Counted from the first letter of the whole stretch, positions 39,001 to 52,100 are shown. The stretch is 60,013 nt of DNA, filler included, from Sphacelaria rigidula (GCA_964200075.2; 10 parts of 10 records of this genome joined end to end with filler, not necessarily neighbours in it), one strand, 5' to 3'. Notes: generated by a model from the letters alone, not told the origin. Numbers and translations: made by a program.

Positions 39001-39585
39001 TAACAACCCAGACACCGAGAAATCCACATCATCATATCTTATCTTTCTCTCGAATGGCCCCATCAGTTTTAAGGTAAGACTACAAGGACTCACCGCGCAA
39101 TCGACGATGGAAACAGAACTCGTGGTCGCTGCACTCACCATGAAGGAAGGCATATTTTGCTCGAATATGATGCGGGAGACGGGATTTGGCACACGCTGAG
39201 ACTCCGTTCCTGTCTACATCGACAACACTTCAACTCTCCACGTCGCAGGCAACCAAACTCACAGCTCGAGAGTCAAGCACATAGCTCTACGGTATTTTTT
39301 CATACACGAATTAGTCAAGGAGGGAAGGATCGACATTCGTTACGTCGAGACCGAAGACCAACTCGCCGACATAGGGACCAAGTACCTCAGCAAACACAGG
39401 CACCACCATGTCGTCAAGCTGATCAGCACATTCAAAATATGCGTACAGCCTGGTTGTAGCTCTGGGTTCTCACTTCGTCCTTGAGTGCCGAGACGGTTGT
39501 ACTGATGAGGGTGTTTGAAACAAGTACGTATTTGCATTAAGGGGGAGTGTGAAGGGTTAAGAGTTATACTTGCCTTGAGGGGGAG
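36070..39585 (+). mobile_element. Ty1/copia pol (GAG-pre-integrase, integrase, RT, RNase H), inactive
   Basis: Motifs include LWHRKMGH..CDICAVGK, LRVDKGGEF, SERVGRTL, KARVVVQGWGQVPGVD..TFAPV, KSLYGLRQ, LYVDD, FSDANWG, IDNTS and KHIALRYFFI. Several frameshifts and stops are present. Confidence 0.97.
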
Positions 39586-39926
39586 TGTTAGAAAATGAGG
39601 CTGCGGAGCCATGCTCTTCAACGCTTCGTACGATATTGACTTTATATATATGTAGTTTTGGGATCGCAGGTACCGGTCACGAAGGTTCGGTCTGATGTCG
39701 GGGCGTGTAATGTGGGATAGCAGCCGTTATACACGAAGTTCTCTTCTCTTTGACCGTGTACCCCGGTGGGTTGTTTGTATTGTCTTGCCCTCAAGCAACA
39801 CTTTGAACACTATCTTCTGTCTACACTCCGAAGCAGGCTGTCTGCTTGCTTGGCTCAAGCGCCATTACGCCAACTCTTGCGACCACGACAAAGCGGTTCC
39901 GGGTGAATCCTGTAACAGTGCCAACG
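39586..39926 (+). mobile_element. 3' LTR of the copia element
   Basis: The polypurine tract (PPT) GAGGGGGAG is followed directly by TGTTAG. A TATA-like tttatatata lies near 39640. The end is at TAACA (39917) or CCAACG (39926). Confidence 0.7.
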
Positions 39927-40849
39927 TGAGACCTTGAGTTAGCTGGAATCAATGGTATCTCCGGGTACTCGTACTGAGAGACCTCAGCCAATGCATGAGC
40001 TATCCCATTATTATAACAAAATGGCATTGTACTCAAATTACTACATCCCATTCGGAAAAAATAGTGTCCCGGCTATAAATTTCGAAGGACGATGGATCAG
40101 CACTTAAGATGAGAAATGGTGCCATTGATAAACGTCCACTGTCTTCCAAGCTGGTTCAGCCTGGGTGCGAATTTATAAATTACAGGGCCCGTCTCACCTC
40201 AATTTTGAGAGTTGAACTTTCAAACTTGATGCTTGTACAGAGAATGAATAGGACATGATGAAAAAAAAAGTGCGAGATGAAAAGTGTTTTTTTGTCATGA
40301 GTTAACGGCGTATTACTAGAAAACGTTTTCAGTAAAACCCCGTTGAATCATGAGAAAGATGAAAACAACGCCCGCATCTTTTTGTTATACCTTCTTTATT
40401 TTCCGTACCAGATCTGAAAGGCCAACTCCCAAAATTATGGTGAGAGCGGGCGATTGAGAAACCGGCCCAATCGGATATCGGGACAGTATTTTCCAGGTCA
40501 CTTGCTGGCCCGGGTTTCGGTATTTGTGCTTCGAAATGTGTGTGTGGGAATTCCCTAGGGCGCAATGAATCAAACATAATGAAACAGATATTATTTTTCA
40601 TTGATGAAGGACGTTTTCGTACAGTATAAAAACTATTTTTTCACGACAACGCCCGTAGCTGTCTCTCAAAAACGGAAGGCCCACGTTTCTTATTCAGCAT
40701 GCCTTGGCGATTCTCCATGCTTTGTTGTAAATCACTGCCCCGTCATTCTCAATTTTAGATACGATACGACTGATGGGTAAGAAAAGTAGGTTTCAAGGTG
40801 AGCGTGTTAACGTGATAAGGGAAGACGAAAGCAGCTGGTTTTACGAAAT

Positions 40850-41950
40850 GTGATGTTGCGTTTCGAAGGCACGTGCTATGTGGTCGCTGCAGCGTGTTCG
40901 GTGACGTGGTTGTGGAGGAATACGATAATTGAATGCCATTGAATAACGACCAATGGGAGCTGCTGAAGGATGAAGGTCGAAACGTGTGCTATGAAGCTTG
41001 GAGTACCTTGTGACGCGTTGGATTTTGTGAGATGACTCATTCAGTCGGCATGCAGTGCTCGATAGGATGACTCGGCGACGGTAGCCCACCTTCCGGAATC
41101 CCTCTGTTGTTAGAGCCGGCGCTTCGGAAGCCAGCAGTAGAAACTACTAAAACACATTTTCAGGATTTGATCATCTGCTGTACGCCCAGCTACCCTCTGC
41201 TTTCGTTGAATTGAATGATACAATTAGACCCTACGTACGTGTAGAGTGTTTGACTCTTCTTCCAGGATTGAGCATGTTTGAAATCGGTGGTCTCTATCGC
41301 CCTTGCAATCACTCTCCCAAGCTTACCCAGCTCTTCTTCATTTCCTCACCACTCTGCATGCGAATGAGGCTGCTTGAGTTTGTTCGGCCGAAGTGAAGAG
41401 CCCCAAATACTATGTAACCCTTAGACCGCGAGGTTAGTCTTTTGTTGAATCGGCATCAATTTCAAGTGAAAAAAGTATGCATATGATCCAGAAAGACTAA
41501 TCTCGCGGTCTAAGGGTTAACAGCCTGGAATCGTTATTGAGGTTTAACATTTTTATGAGGTTTAACGGACCATCGAAATTCCATCTACTTTGTTCAAAAG
41601 GCTCGGGAGTCGCAAGCGGTTTCGACCATGTACACCTAACCCAGAAGTTTCTGCACTGGAGCGAAAGCATCATGGTGTGCAGTCCAACCGAAAAGCCGCC
41701 CTCATTCATTGTGCCGCATCTATCGAGAAACCCTTGCGTCTAAGCGCTGCGGAACACGTAACAAAGCATGCTGAAACATACTTCTTTGGACTAGTCATCG
41801 AAGTTTCCAGCGCCTCTTGTTGTGTATCTGAGAGAGGCTTCATACTGTTGCGCCAGCGACGACCGCCGTCAGCGAAACGATCCAATGCGGCGGCAGACGC
41901 CAACGATCTTGGAAACGCAGCGTCATTCAGCAGTCTGCTGAGATATACCA
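40850..41950 (-). pseudogene. Possible decayed hAT transposase
   Basis: EQSRWN (TRW-like) and F**...APAL...SSTACRLNES resemble the WW..P.L..SS.cERn.S dimerisation motif. The region is heavily disrupted. Confidence 0.3.
41418..41516. mobile_element. 99-bp piggyBac-type MITE
   Basis: TIRs CCCTTAGACCGCGAGGTTAGTCTTT and AAAGACTAATCTCGCGGTCTAAGGG are flanked by GTAA and TTAA. Confidence 0.85.
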
Positions 41951-42189
41951 CCACCACAGCACAGCATCACCACAGTACAGNNNNNNNNNNNNNNNNNNNN
42001 NNNNNNNNNNNNNNNNNNNNNNNNTTAATTAATTAANNNNNNNNNNNNNNNNNNNNNNNNNNNNNNNNNNNNNNNNNNNNCGGGGGGGGGGGGCAAGGGA
42101 TGAAAACGGCGAAAATAACAGGAAGGGAGGGATGGAGGAGGGGAGGGGGAAAGGGGGTACTTATTCATGATCCTGCATGCCGTAGTCAG

Positions 42190-42505
42190 TAGAGCTCGGA
42201 AATGGTTTGTCTAACCATCAACCAGTTGAATGGTACATGATGGTTCGATCATCGAGCGGCGCAGCCGCTAGCCAAAAAGCCCTCCTCCTTGGCAGAGGGG
42301 GCCCCGCCAGAGGCACCGTGCCGGAGGCACTTTTTACGGGATTTGGCTCCACCAAAGCTTTAAAATACGTTAAATTTGGGTTTATGAAGCCGGTAATGGT
42401 AAATAAATGGTTTAATACCATCATCCAAAAAATCATACAACCATCACCATTACCACCATTATAATGATAATGGTCAATTATAACTGGTACCATTTCCGAG
42501 CCCTA
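42190..42505. mobile_element. hAT-type MITE inserted in a G-run-anchored repeat
   Basis: TIR TAG(A/G)GCTCGGAAATGGT, an 8-bp TSD GTAGTCAG/GCAGTCAG, and internal AATGGT/ACCAT repeats. Confidence 0.88.
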
Positions 42506-43041
42506 GCAGTCAGAAGAAGGACCATTGACCTCGCATCCCTACAAAGCCGGGATGGAACACGTCGGGTTTCCAGCGGACCAGGCTCGCAGTCACCATGCGC
42601 AAAACGCCGTGATGTGTTCGGCGAGTCGCATAAAGGGTGAGCTGCATCCTGCCAAGACTATTCGGCCTGAAGCGTCTGTGATTTCATCTTCGCATATGGA
42701 TGGCAGCCTACATTGAGGGGCTGCTTATGTTTTGTTTCATCTCGTGAGAGTGACCACGTACAAAACGGCGGAGAGAAGAGGGAGGGAGAGAGGAAGGGGC
42801 GAGTAGGGGTTGGTGATAGAACAAGACAAAATAAGAAAAACGACAGAAAGTAAGTTGTGACCGAAAAATTGGGGGAAGGGGAGAGGGAAAGAAGGAAAGA
42901 ACATTCCGCGAAACACGCACCCCTGCTCCAACCATTTTGGGACCACGAAACACGCGCACGATGACCAAAGCGAACCATGGGGAATGTGGAAACATGTGGG
43001 GGAATGGACAGGCGCAACCACCTCAGTACATCTTCCCACTA

Positions 43042-43589
43042 CAGTAGTAGGCGGTCTGAGTATTTAGCAGTATTTTGGGAATTTCCTCGCGTACTACTCT
43101 TCGATAGAACTCGAAATTGCCAGCGTCGGTAGATTTTGGTACAAAAAATAGATCATCCTCGAAACACAGTGCCCAAGTCAGTGTCAGTTGGCGTTGTCGG
43201 GCGGAACGAGTAAATACCCCGTTTATCAGGAGGGTGTTATTGACGGTGAAACACTGTTTTCCGGCCCTAGTGCAATGGGTAAGCAGAATTTCGAAAAAAT
43301 AAAACTGTACATTTTTTCACAATTATGATCGGGACAGGCTCGATCGACCGAAAGTACAGAAGAGCAAAAATCTGGGCTGAAACGTGGCAGGACCCCGATG
43401 ACCGGTCAGCCCGTAAGTCACTCAATTTCGAGTACTGATGATTTTTTTTCTTCGAATGTGGAGCGGATACAAATATCTTCAGATCCTCGATGTGATAAGC
43501 GGTGGTAAGCGGAAAGAGCCCGGGAAAATCGTCCATGACGAAAAAGTCACAAAATGCCACAAAATGAATAGTTAGACCGCCCACTACTG
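43042..43589. mobile_element. Tc1/mariner-type MITE, second copy
   Basis: Ends read TA|CAGTAGTAGGCGGTCT ... AGACCGCCCACTACTG|TA. Confidence 0.88.
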
Positions 43590-44143
43590 TACTATAAAAG
43601 TCCAACGGCACAGCTCTCCATGTACATGTGCCACACATCAAAGAGTTCCAAGGGTCAGACGAATTGATTATTCGTCTGGAAATTACTTGATGATAGTGTC
43701 ATTGATTCGTACCGCACGAATGAATCAATCCCTAGGCTTTGTTTTCCTTGTTGAATGCCAGGGACGCGCAGCCCAGGCACGTGGAATGGCGCAAATTTTG
43801 CGCGGAGACCTTTTCGACCAGCGGTCGAACTTTTTACCTCGTTCGAGAAATCAAGCCCGAAAAGTCGTAGATTTGGTTATTAAAACCGGCGATGATTCGT
43901 TCGAACCGTGAAAAGTTCGTCATGATAAGAGTTGCATGAGCAAACACCCGACGCTAGCGAAGCAAAACCCAAGCGTAAAGGTAACCTTTTTTTATCAAAA
44001 CGGGGTGGAACGAAAGTAAAGAGTAAATAGAAAAACACGACTAAAAACGGAGGGGAAAAAATATGAGGGGAAAGAAAATCCTTGAAAATACACGGGGTGC
44101 AGAAGTGTGCTGTGCTGCCTACGCCAATTCTCAATAAGATGAC

Positions 44144-45038
44144 CTGCAGCACGAGCAAGCATCGGGGAGGTACAGCTCCATACCCCCGAGACTGGGACTC
44201 CTGCCCATGAAAAACGTATGCGTATATGTCTGTATGTATGTGCGTCGAGGGGGGTGTAATCATGATATTGCATGCTGTAGTTGGAGAGCCATTAACCTCG
44301 CAACCCTACAGAGCCGGGACGAAACGCGCCAGGTTTTCGCCGGATCAGCAGGTTCGTGATCAATCGTCAAGCGCGAAGCGCCGTGATGTGTCCGGCGAGT
44401 CGCATGAAGGGCGGGCTGCATCCTGCTAAGGGTGTTCGGTATGGGGGGGAGACGAGAAAGCACGACGTAAGAAGCAGGAAACTGCAGAACAGAGTCTCAC
44501 CTGATGCGGCTCGGAGATGAAGAGAGTCTTCACCCCCACGGGCATAAACTGCGCCGCAATGGTCTTGAGCGCCAAGTTAGGCGCTTCCCGCTTGCTCAAC
44601 ACGATCAGAACCATGGGGTTACCTTCCTGCTCTCATGTGATACAATCAATCAGTAACGGAAAAGGGAGGGGGGAGCGGACAGTGAGCGTCAAAGCAGGAA
44701 GCATTCATCCGTTGTAGACACATTTTTGGTAAAGTGACGGTCATGGATGCAAAGACGAAGCAACGCAGACATTGCAACGACAACAACAACATCAACAACA
44801 ACGTTTAAGGTGCTGATGCTAGGTCCAGCCATTCGATTTCATGGGTCGCTTGACAACAAGAAGTACGAGAAGAGAGCAGCAAAGAGGAGACGGGGGGGGG
44901 GGGGGGGGGGGTGAACCAACAAATCTGAAAACCGTGGGCAGTGGAATTTTGACGGACTTCCTAAAAAGCGGGGAGGTACGACCCNNNNNNNNNNGCGTGG
45001 GCGGGGGGGGGGGGGAAAAGGGAAGGGAGGGGGGGAGG

Positions 45039-45073
<35 letters not shown>

Positions 45074-46314
45074 GTACTCATGATTCTGCATACCGTAGTC
45101 ATGGGATCTTTGACTGCATTCCTAAAAAGTCGGGACGGAGCACCCCGGGTTTTCGCCGGACCAGGCTCGAAATCAATCACCAAGGGCGAAGCGCCGTGAT
45201 ATATTCGACGAGTCGCATGGGAAGTCATCTGCATCCTGGTAAGATTGTTCGGCCTGCAGCGTACAAATTATTTTCCAAGCCTCGAATGGGTTGCTTCATC
45301 ATCTGGTAACGCCAGATCCAGAGACAGCCATGGGTTACACACTGCCTCATGGGTGTCTCACCATTCAAACACTACGCGGTACTGTACGATCATCCTCTAT
45401 GTCCACCCCGCATATTTCATTCCCCTTGCTGAAAAAAAAACAAAGCTTGTTGACAATAAAACAAGCAACAAACCCCCCGCGCCCCACATAATAATTGTTC
45501 AGGATTCATTGCGCTACCATGATCTAGCTCGGCCACTATCATGGTTACCGCAAAAAAACGCGAGCGAAAAAAAAAAAAGCTAACCAGGTTGCCTAGCATA
45601 CGCAGTGAGTGGCGTGTTTTACAGCGTCGTTGTCAATATTCGCCAACCCTAAAAGAGGGGAAGGGGGGTTTATGCATGATCTTGCACGCCGTAGCCATAT
45701 GGCCATTGACCTCTCATCCCTGCAAAGCCGAGACGGAGCACGCCGGATTTTCGCCGGACCAGACTCGCAATTCATCACCAAGCGCGAAGAGCCGTGGTGT
45801 GTTCGGCGATTCGCATAAAGGGTGAGCTGCATCCTGCTAAGATTGTTCGGGTCAAAGCGTACTGATTATCTCGCATATGGATGACAGCCTCCAGTGAATT
45901 GCTCGATTTTCTGGCATTACCGTTCCCCGAGCCAGCCACGGATTCCACACCGCCTCATGGGTGTCTCAACCTTCATCCCTACAAATACGCAATGGAACCC
46001 GTGGAAACATGTGGAGAAGAGGCCCACGATAGGGTGGGAGGAGGGGTTGATTTCCAAAAAGGGGAGGTGGTTACACGCTGGTTTGCTCCATTGCATGGGA
46101 TTCAAAATTCGTGGTCGTTCAATGGCTTAGGCTACGAGTCAGTGTTAGACGGACTGAAGGGGGATGGTCAACCAACACATGGAAGACTCTTGGGTGTATG
46201 GATAATAATACAATCAGTCGGTCACTACGAGAAACTGGTCGGGATTTGGATTTTGGCTCGCGGTTTTGAGCGACACAACTCTGGTACAAGAGATTTATTC
46301 GTTGATGAAGCGAA

Positions 46315-46354
<40 letters not shown>

Positions 46355-46384
46355 CTTTTTTTTTTTTTTTTTTTTGTTTTTTTT

Positions 46385-46416
<32 letters not shown>

Positions 46417-47808
46417 TTTTCGTGTTCTGTTCTGTTCTTTTCTTCTCTCACCCCGAGGATGCTGTTGGCGACGACGCCTTGCATGACCTCATCGGTCTGA
46501 TGTATGTCGGTACCCTTGGGGATCACGGTGATGACCTCGGGGAGGGATGACTCCGCCTCGGCTAATGCCTTCTTCAGCTGCAGGAAGAATAAAAAAAGTA
46601 GGGCAAGACAAACAAAAACACGTAAATATGAAAAAAAAAAAAAGCGGTGTAAAGCAGGGGCTTTTTACTTGTTAAATCATGAGACGCTTTGGTAAACCTG
46701 GTGGATGATGAATACTTGTACTTTTTTTCTCTCATGTTTCTTGTCTGTCCAAAAAAGATGAGAGGAATACAGGGAATAAGTATACTTGTGTGTGTGTAGA
46801 GAGAGAGAGAGAACAGAAAACAAAGAAGGAGGAAAGGACGAGCAAATGAATGTGAAAAAAAATACCAACGGAAAGAAAGAGTAAAAGCGATCGACACCAG
46901 GTGGAAGGTTTTGAATTCCAAGTCCCTACGTACACCGTTGCACCGACCGATCAAACAGATCAAATAGACATGATACTATAAAACTTACATACCTAGTAGA
47001 TCAAATAGATCAAATAGATCGATTGAATTGATGCATTGAAAACGGGATCTTACAAATTGGGGATGGATCTTTTATTGGGGATGACAACCCCGGAGGATTA
47101 AAATCTTCGTATCCACACCGAATCTTCGAAATATGGTTCCACTTCTTCACGTACTGATAGCTATTGACAACTGCTACACGCCGTAAAAATTTGGATGTCG
47201 ATCACCCATATGTTGAGGTCCCAGGTGAGAAAACAATTTTGGGGAATTCCGGGTGTCCGAACGGACGCCAAAATGGTTCCGAAACTGTTTTTTTACCTGG
47301 GACCCCAACATTTCGGTGATCGAAATCCAAATTTCTACGGCGTGTAGCAGTTGTCAATAGCTATCAGTCGGTGAAGAAATGGAACCATATTTCGAAGATT
47401 TGGTGTGGATACGAAGATATTAATTCTCCGGGATTATTATCCCCAATAAAAGATCCATCCCCAATTCGTAAGATCCCGTGTTATTGATGCATTTATGAAG
47501 TGATGAATTGATGGAAGGCTTCAAATCTACTGATCTACAACAAACCCATCCATGATCACAAAGCAAATATGTGGGGACATTCACAAGACGTACGGTGTAG
47601 GGTAATCAATCTCTGGTAGACCTCACAAAAGCAAATTCAGAGCACAAGTATAGCCCCGTACCTCAGAAGCCGCAAAGAAAGAAGGGTGCTCCCTGGTTTC
47701 GCCGTCAAGTCCTTCACCGTGGGGGTACACCTTGATGTGCGGAGCCTTCTTGGCGGTGCAGTGCACGTCGGACGGGTACACTCCGCAGTCCATCACAGCC
47801 GCACGTAT
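44144..47808 (-). CDS. Partial thioredoxin-fold (PDI/ERdj-like) protein; exons 47808-47662, 46577-46452, 44626-44501 and probably 44200-44144
   Basis: The exons are phase 0 with AG/GT borders: IRAAVMDCGVYPSDVHCTAKKAPHIKVYPHG..|LKKALAEAESSLPEVITVIP..|EGNPMVLIVLSKREAPNLALKTIAAQF.. The patterns vDC....C....P.IKVYP and VLLSK...P.L.K.IA..F are typical of tandem Trx-like domains. Confidence 0.7.
45655..45980 (+). repeat. Longest copy of the G-run-anchored repeat (may extend to the (AT)n at 46318)
   Basis: Colinear with 45060-45365 up to cctcatgggtgtctca. Confidence 0.8.
46317..46420. repeat. (AT)n plus poly-T low-complexity tract
   Basis: Seen directly in the sequence. Confidence 0.95.
47041..47480. 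mobile_element. 440-bp foldback element (almost entirely inverted repeat) in an intron
   Basis: The arms acgggatcttacaaattggggatggatcttttattgggga... and ...tccccaataaaagatccatccccaattcgtaagatcccgt pair over about 200 bp each, with a centre near 47260. Confidence 0.9.
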
Positions 47809-49139
47809 CTGAAAAAAAACAAAATGAGGAGAAAAAAACAAGAAATCATGGAAAATAATCATCGCCTTGTATTATCGTGCAGATTGAGGGAAAAATAGAG
47901 GAAATCCAATGAACTGTTGACGGAAAAATTAAACACAGAGAGTGAGTCCAGGACAAGGAGATGTGCTGAGTCTTGAATCGTACAAATCAAGNNNNNNNNN
48001 NNNNNNNNNNNNNNNNNNNNNNNNNNNNNNNNNNNTTAATTAATTAANNNNNNNNNNNNNNNNNNNNNNNNNNNNNNNNNNNNNNNNNNNNGCGCTTCGC
48101 GCTTGGTGGTTTGAGTACGAGCCTGGTCCAGCGAAAACCCGGCATGCTCCGTCCCGGTTTTGTAGCGATGCGAGGTCAATGGTCTTGTGACTATGACATG
48201 CAGGATCATGAGTACACCGCCCCCCGCCGCCTTTGGCGTCACCTTCGGATCGTCTACAACTGTCCTCTACTTTCTGGAGGGGCGCCCACCACTCATTTGG
48301 TGTCATCGGTTTTCCCACGCTTGCCACAAGTATACTCGCCGAGAATCTCTCCTTTTCGTTTTGCGCCTTTTCACTCGCCTCTGCAGTGTCCGCAAAGTAT
48401 CCAAACTAGCGCGCCAGCAAAAGAGGGAACCTCTTCACTCTTCACACGCTGGATAATGACAAAAATCACTCTGTCAAAGATTGTACTGCGCGCAGTATCG
48501 ACTATTGCGTCTATTGTAATAGACAATAGGTTTCCATACTGTACGCAGTGCCCTTTTTGACAGTGACATCTACTGTCATTATCCAGGATGTGAAACTCTT
48601 GTTCGCTGTTCCAGTTCTTCTCCTGGTCATGGCAGTCGATCTCCCGCCAGGCCGTACCACCCGCCAGGGCTCTCATGCATAGGCTCTCACGACGTACTTG
48701 TTTCACTTGGTCGCGGCATGTCTCTCGGCGTGTTCCAGGAAGGCACCACAAGACAGAGATGCGTCAACTACAACCAACGTGCCTCGGGGGAGCCGAACGT
48801 TGCTCACGCTCGCGGCGAAAAAATTGAGCGATAAGAACTGCATTTTTTTCGCTTTTTCACAACACTGAACAAAAACGCCAGTTCTCATAGAGTAAATAAA
48901 ATCCCTGAAAAATGCACAAAACAGAGAAGAATAAAAAAACATGGTGCCAGTGAAAAAGCTCGTGAAGACAGCTCTCTGAAATAAATCGGTCTCAACTCCA
49001 AATGTTTTCCCCGAACCTGACGTGGAAAATCAAGACATAGCTCAGAACACTCATGAAAAACCGCCGTTGGGATTCTCTTCCACACAGAAATGAAGACGAA
49101 CTCAACACCAAATCGCTCATGGCTAGAGCGTTAACTCAC

Positions 49140-52100
49140 TTCGCGTGAAGACACCGAACGTATATAGCCTCCCTCAGCCCCTTCACTCGCAGGACGAGAG
49201 AATCCAGCTGAACAGACGCCGCCCACCGCGCCAGAGATACCCCTGCCAATGCCGCAGCCGGCTGCTGCTTCAAGGAAGACGATCTAACCCCGCTCCCGCC
49301 CCCATTAGTAGTGCTATTGCCCTTGCTCCTTGCAGCAGCAAAGGGTGCCTCCATCGTCGACAGGCTCAAGGGGAACATTATCAGTGACGGCGGGAGAGGT
49401 GCGGCGGTGCCTTCGTCCCATGCCATCAACTGCAGGATCATGCCGGCTATGGCGTGCCGTTCCGAACTCGTCAGAATGCTGTCGTAGTATTTTCATGTTA
49501 TACATCGCAGGGGCCGGGAAGGCGTAGTCGTTTGTTGCTTGCCTCGCTCATGTCACTATTGACTACGCGTTCTTTTCGAGACGGACCACGGGGGAAGGGG
49601 AGGGGGATACTCATTTGTTGCTTGCCTTAGTCTGGGAGGGGGAGGGCGGGTTAACGTTTTACAGCACAAAATGCATGGGAGTATACCTAAAGTGTTCTAT
49701 TCTACGTTCACTAATGGCGGTAGCTCGAGCTCGTCTTTTTGTGAAACTATACTTGGGCATGGTGATGGTATAAAACAAGTTTCCAACACGTGTCTGTTTG
49801 GTGTACGAGCTAGGCAACTCGTAAAACGTAGAACCTCTCAGCACACAACAATTCTTTGGTTTCCCCATTCAGTCCAATTGAAGTATATCACTGTGTACAG
49901 CAGAAGTCGGCTCAGTCTGTTTGACGTGAGGTGACGCGGTGCGGGAGTGCTGACTCCATCCACGAGACCAAAATGCAAGGCGTGCACCGGGGAAAGATGG
50001 CTTGATCCCTTGAGGCCATGGACTCATCCCAAAAACGGGGAGGGGTTCAAAGTGCGACAAAATAATAAGAAGAAGAATGAGAAGAATACTGCAGACCAAC
50101 CTGGTCAATTACGTTCTGCTGCTACAAAAACAAAAATGAAAAAGGTGTTATAAATATAAAACCTCAACGACGCAACCAGATACTGCGAAAAAAAAAGAGG
50201 ATATATCGGGATTCGAACTCGTGACCTCCATAACTGGAGTCTCCTGTATCAATTGGATTACACGGGCGTAGCGGTGTCACACAAAACGTTCCACGCTGGG
50301 CCTAATTTTAGGATTTTTCAGCCGAAATTTCACCAGGATCTTCTGCACGCAAGAAAAAAAAATCGTGACGGGGGATGAAGCCGTTTTTCATTTATTTCAC
50401 GGAGTTATAATAGTTTTTTTTCAGTTTTTGCTGAACTTTCAAATCGCGCTAACTTTCTGTTTTTCTTCTCTTTCCCTTTGCATCCCCGGAGAGTTGCACG
50501 TGCTGATGATAAAAATATCGTGTAAAAAATCCAGCGCCCACCTACCCAAATTGAGCACCGCATCACCCGATCACCGACAAAAAAACACCATCAGCTGGCC
50601 CAGCTCGTATAGATATATAAAATAATGTACCGTCTCGATATTTGAACCTCACCGAAGACAGAAAGCAGGGGCCACAACTCGAGCTGTCTCGTTCCTCTCT
50701 TTGCCCACCTCGTAGTCTTGGATTGGATACCTGACTAAAAGATACGCATGGCACCGCAATGCTCGAAGCTCTAACAGCGCTACTCACCCGAAAAGTCGGC
50801 ATATTCTGCCTGTCTCACTACGTAAGTACAGTACGTCACGACTGAACGGCGCTGTATTCGATCTATCGGAATACACAGCATCTGTACGTCGGCCGTGCCC
50901 CGTCGAGCTCACCCGGCTCTTCTGAGGTGAGCAGTCCGCCACATGAGGTCCGTCACGACAAGGCAGTCCCTGCCCGGCAACCCTTGCCGCCGCCGACTGT
51001 CTCCCTTCACTTGCCGAGAAATCTGGTGGCGACAAATGGCCAAGCATTGGAGGTGTGATGCTGTCGGGTAACAAGCCCCAAAAGAGGACAAGCATGTCAT
51101 GGGGCAGTCGACCGATGCCACACAAACCATTTGACAACAAATCCAAAGCGTTCGACAATGTCTCATCTGCACGCGCAAGAGGGGGAGCGCTCGTCGCTGG
51201 TCGCTACAGCTGCAGGAAAATGCCACGACACGTACGACCCATCTGTCATCTTCCGATTTCAACCACGTATGACAAACTCTCTGAAGAATCCTAGCTTGTA
51301 CACGTTTCAATTAATAGTAGAAACTGCTCACACTACAACACATACCCTGTCCCCCCTCCCTCACGAAACGAGGCAATATACTAAAATTCCCGAAGCGAAG
51401 ATTGCTCTCGGTGGACGACGAAAAATAGAAAGAACGGCTTCAAAATTGAACTCGAAACACCTGAGTGCACACCTGCAGTTTCACAAACCCCGCGCAGGCG
51501 ATCGCCTCCGCCAGCTGAGCAGCAGTATTCACCAGTCCTCTCTCCAGAGGAACGTAATTGATGCCCAAAATGACGTCTCCGATAGCCACGCCCGCACGCT
51601 CCGCCGGGCCAGGTGTGTCTTCGACAGGCCGGTGTAGGTTCTGTTGTTGAAATAGAAAAATATGTGGAGATTGCGGGAGCCCCAGCAACGGCGCCGATGA
51701 CGGCCAGTAAGCAAGGACGGGGAAGGGGGAGAGGGTGCTTGGCTTACTACCCCTGCTCTGCCAAGCATGAATACGCAGTTGAGTCACCTCGCGAATACAC
51801 CCGCTGGATTCGTTTCAAACTACGCAAAATGAAAAATGAGAGAGTTAGGGTGAGGGTAACTACGTGCATATCCCGGAGCCAGGTGGAGTGGAGTAGACAA
51901 CTGCTTGCGCTTGTAGCATTATTATGATAGGAGAACAGTCTATTTGGTGGGTGGGTGGATGGATGGATGGATGGATGGGTGACGCACAAGCTAAGCACAG
52001 ATTCTAAAAAAGGTACAGAAGAGCAAGCAACAACATCAGTCTCTCTCTCACACACACACTCTCAAAAGTCATTTTCTGGCATACTTGATGGCCACTGTAC

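Noticed and set aside
36070..39459. Programmed frameshifting or readthrough in the copia pol
   Set aside because: There are several scattered frameshifts and stops plus substitutions in conserved motifs, which indicates ordinary decay.
48567..48760. Next exon of the PDZ gene (KYVVRAYA*EPWRVVR, PX-like)
   Set aside because: It has an in-frame stop and no phase-compatible acceptor giving an open frame.
50200..50265. tRNA gene
   Set aside because: Only a B-box-like GAGTTCGAATCC is present and there is no cloverleaf.
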